From NCBI RefSeq assembly GCF_004010195.1, contig NC_057719.1, positions 61,734,467-61,798,466 of the forward strand: a stretch of DNA of 64,000 bases, given 5' to 3'. The stretch is from Chiloscyllium plagiosum. Lineage: Eukaryota. Both the position numbers and the translations under genes were made by a program. Positions 63,881-64,000 of the stretch are shown piece by piece (the first letter of the stretch is position 1; each line of letters begins with the position of its first letter). Below the pieces are notes generated by a model. The model was not told the DNA's origin. It saw only the letters and a program-made list of their open reading frames with translations, and did no database searches.

Positions 63881-64000
63881 CAAGCCCATTGGCAGTAAGG
63901 GACCACCTTGTTCTATAAGACTTTGGCTCGGTTTCTATAATAGGGGAAACTGAGAGAGAACTGCCTTACAATGCAACTCTTTCTGCAAGTCAGAACATTT

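Noticed and set aside
63934..63944. MEF2 site CTATAATAG near the candidate promoter
   Set aside because: One base short of the YTAWWWWTAR consensus.

Overview
This is vertebrate genomic DNA, not microbial. The repeat content (HE1/V-SINE-type SINE, abundant CR1 LINEs, Penelope-like elements) points to a cartilaginous fish, probably a shark. The window covers the 5' end of AKAP6 (mAKAP) on the minus strand: the first coding exon at 21947-22301 (ATG at 22258) and a probable non-coding first exon/promoter at the right edge (splice donor at 63708). Almost everything else is intron filled with decayed, often nested retroelements (CR1 with esterase ORF1, Penelope/GIY-YIG, RTE, Rex1, SINEs) plus a Harbinger transposase relic. 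There are three assembly gaps. The most interesting signals are: (i) minimal hammerhead-ribozyme motifs in Penelope termini, including a 200-nt tandem pair inside a TSD-flanked palindromic insert at 53310-53965; (ii) Penelope insertions with TSDs, inversions and captured filler DNA; (iii) a splice-created uORF overlapping the AKAP6 start; (iv) a compact E-box/Meis/MEF2 cluster in intron 1. I see no clearly novel protein-coding system. Repeat boundaries were set by eye and are approximate; family names come from motif recognition, not database searches.
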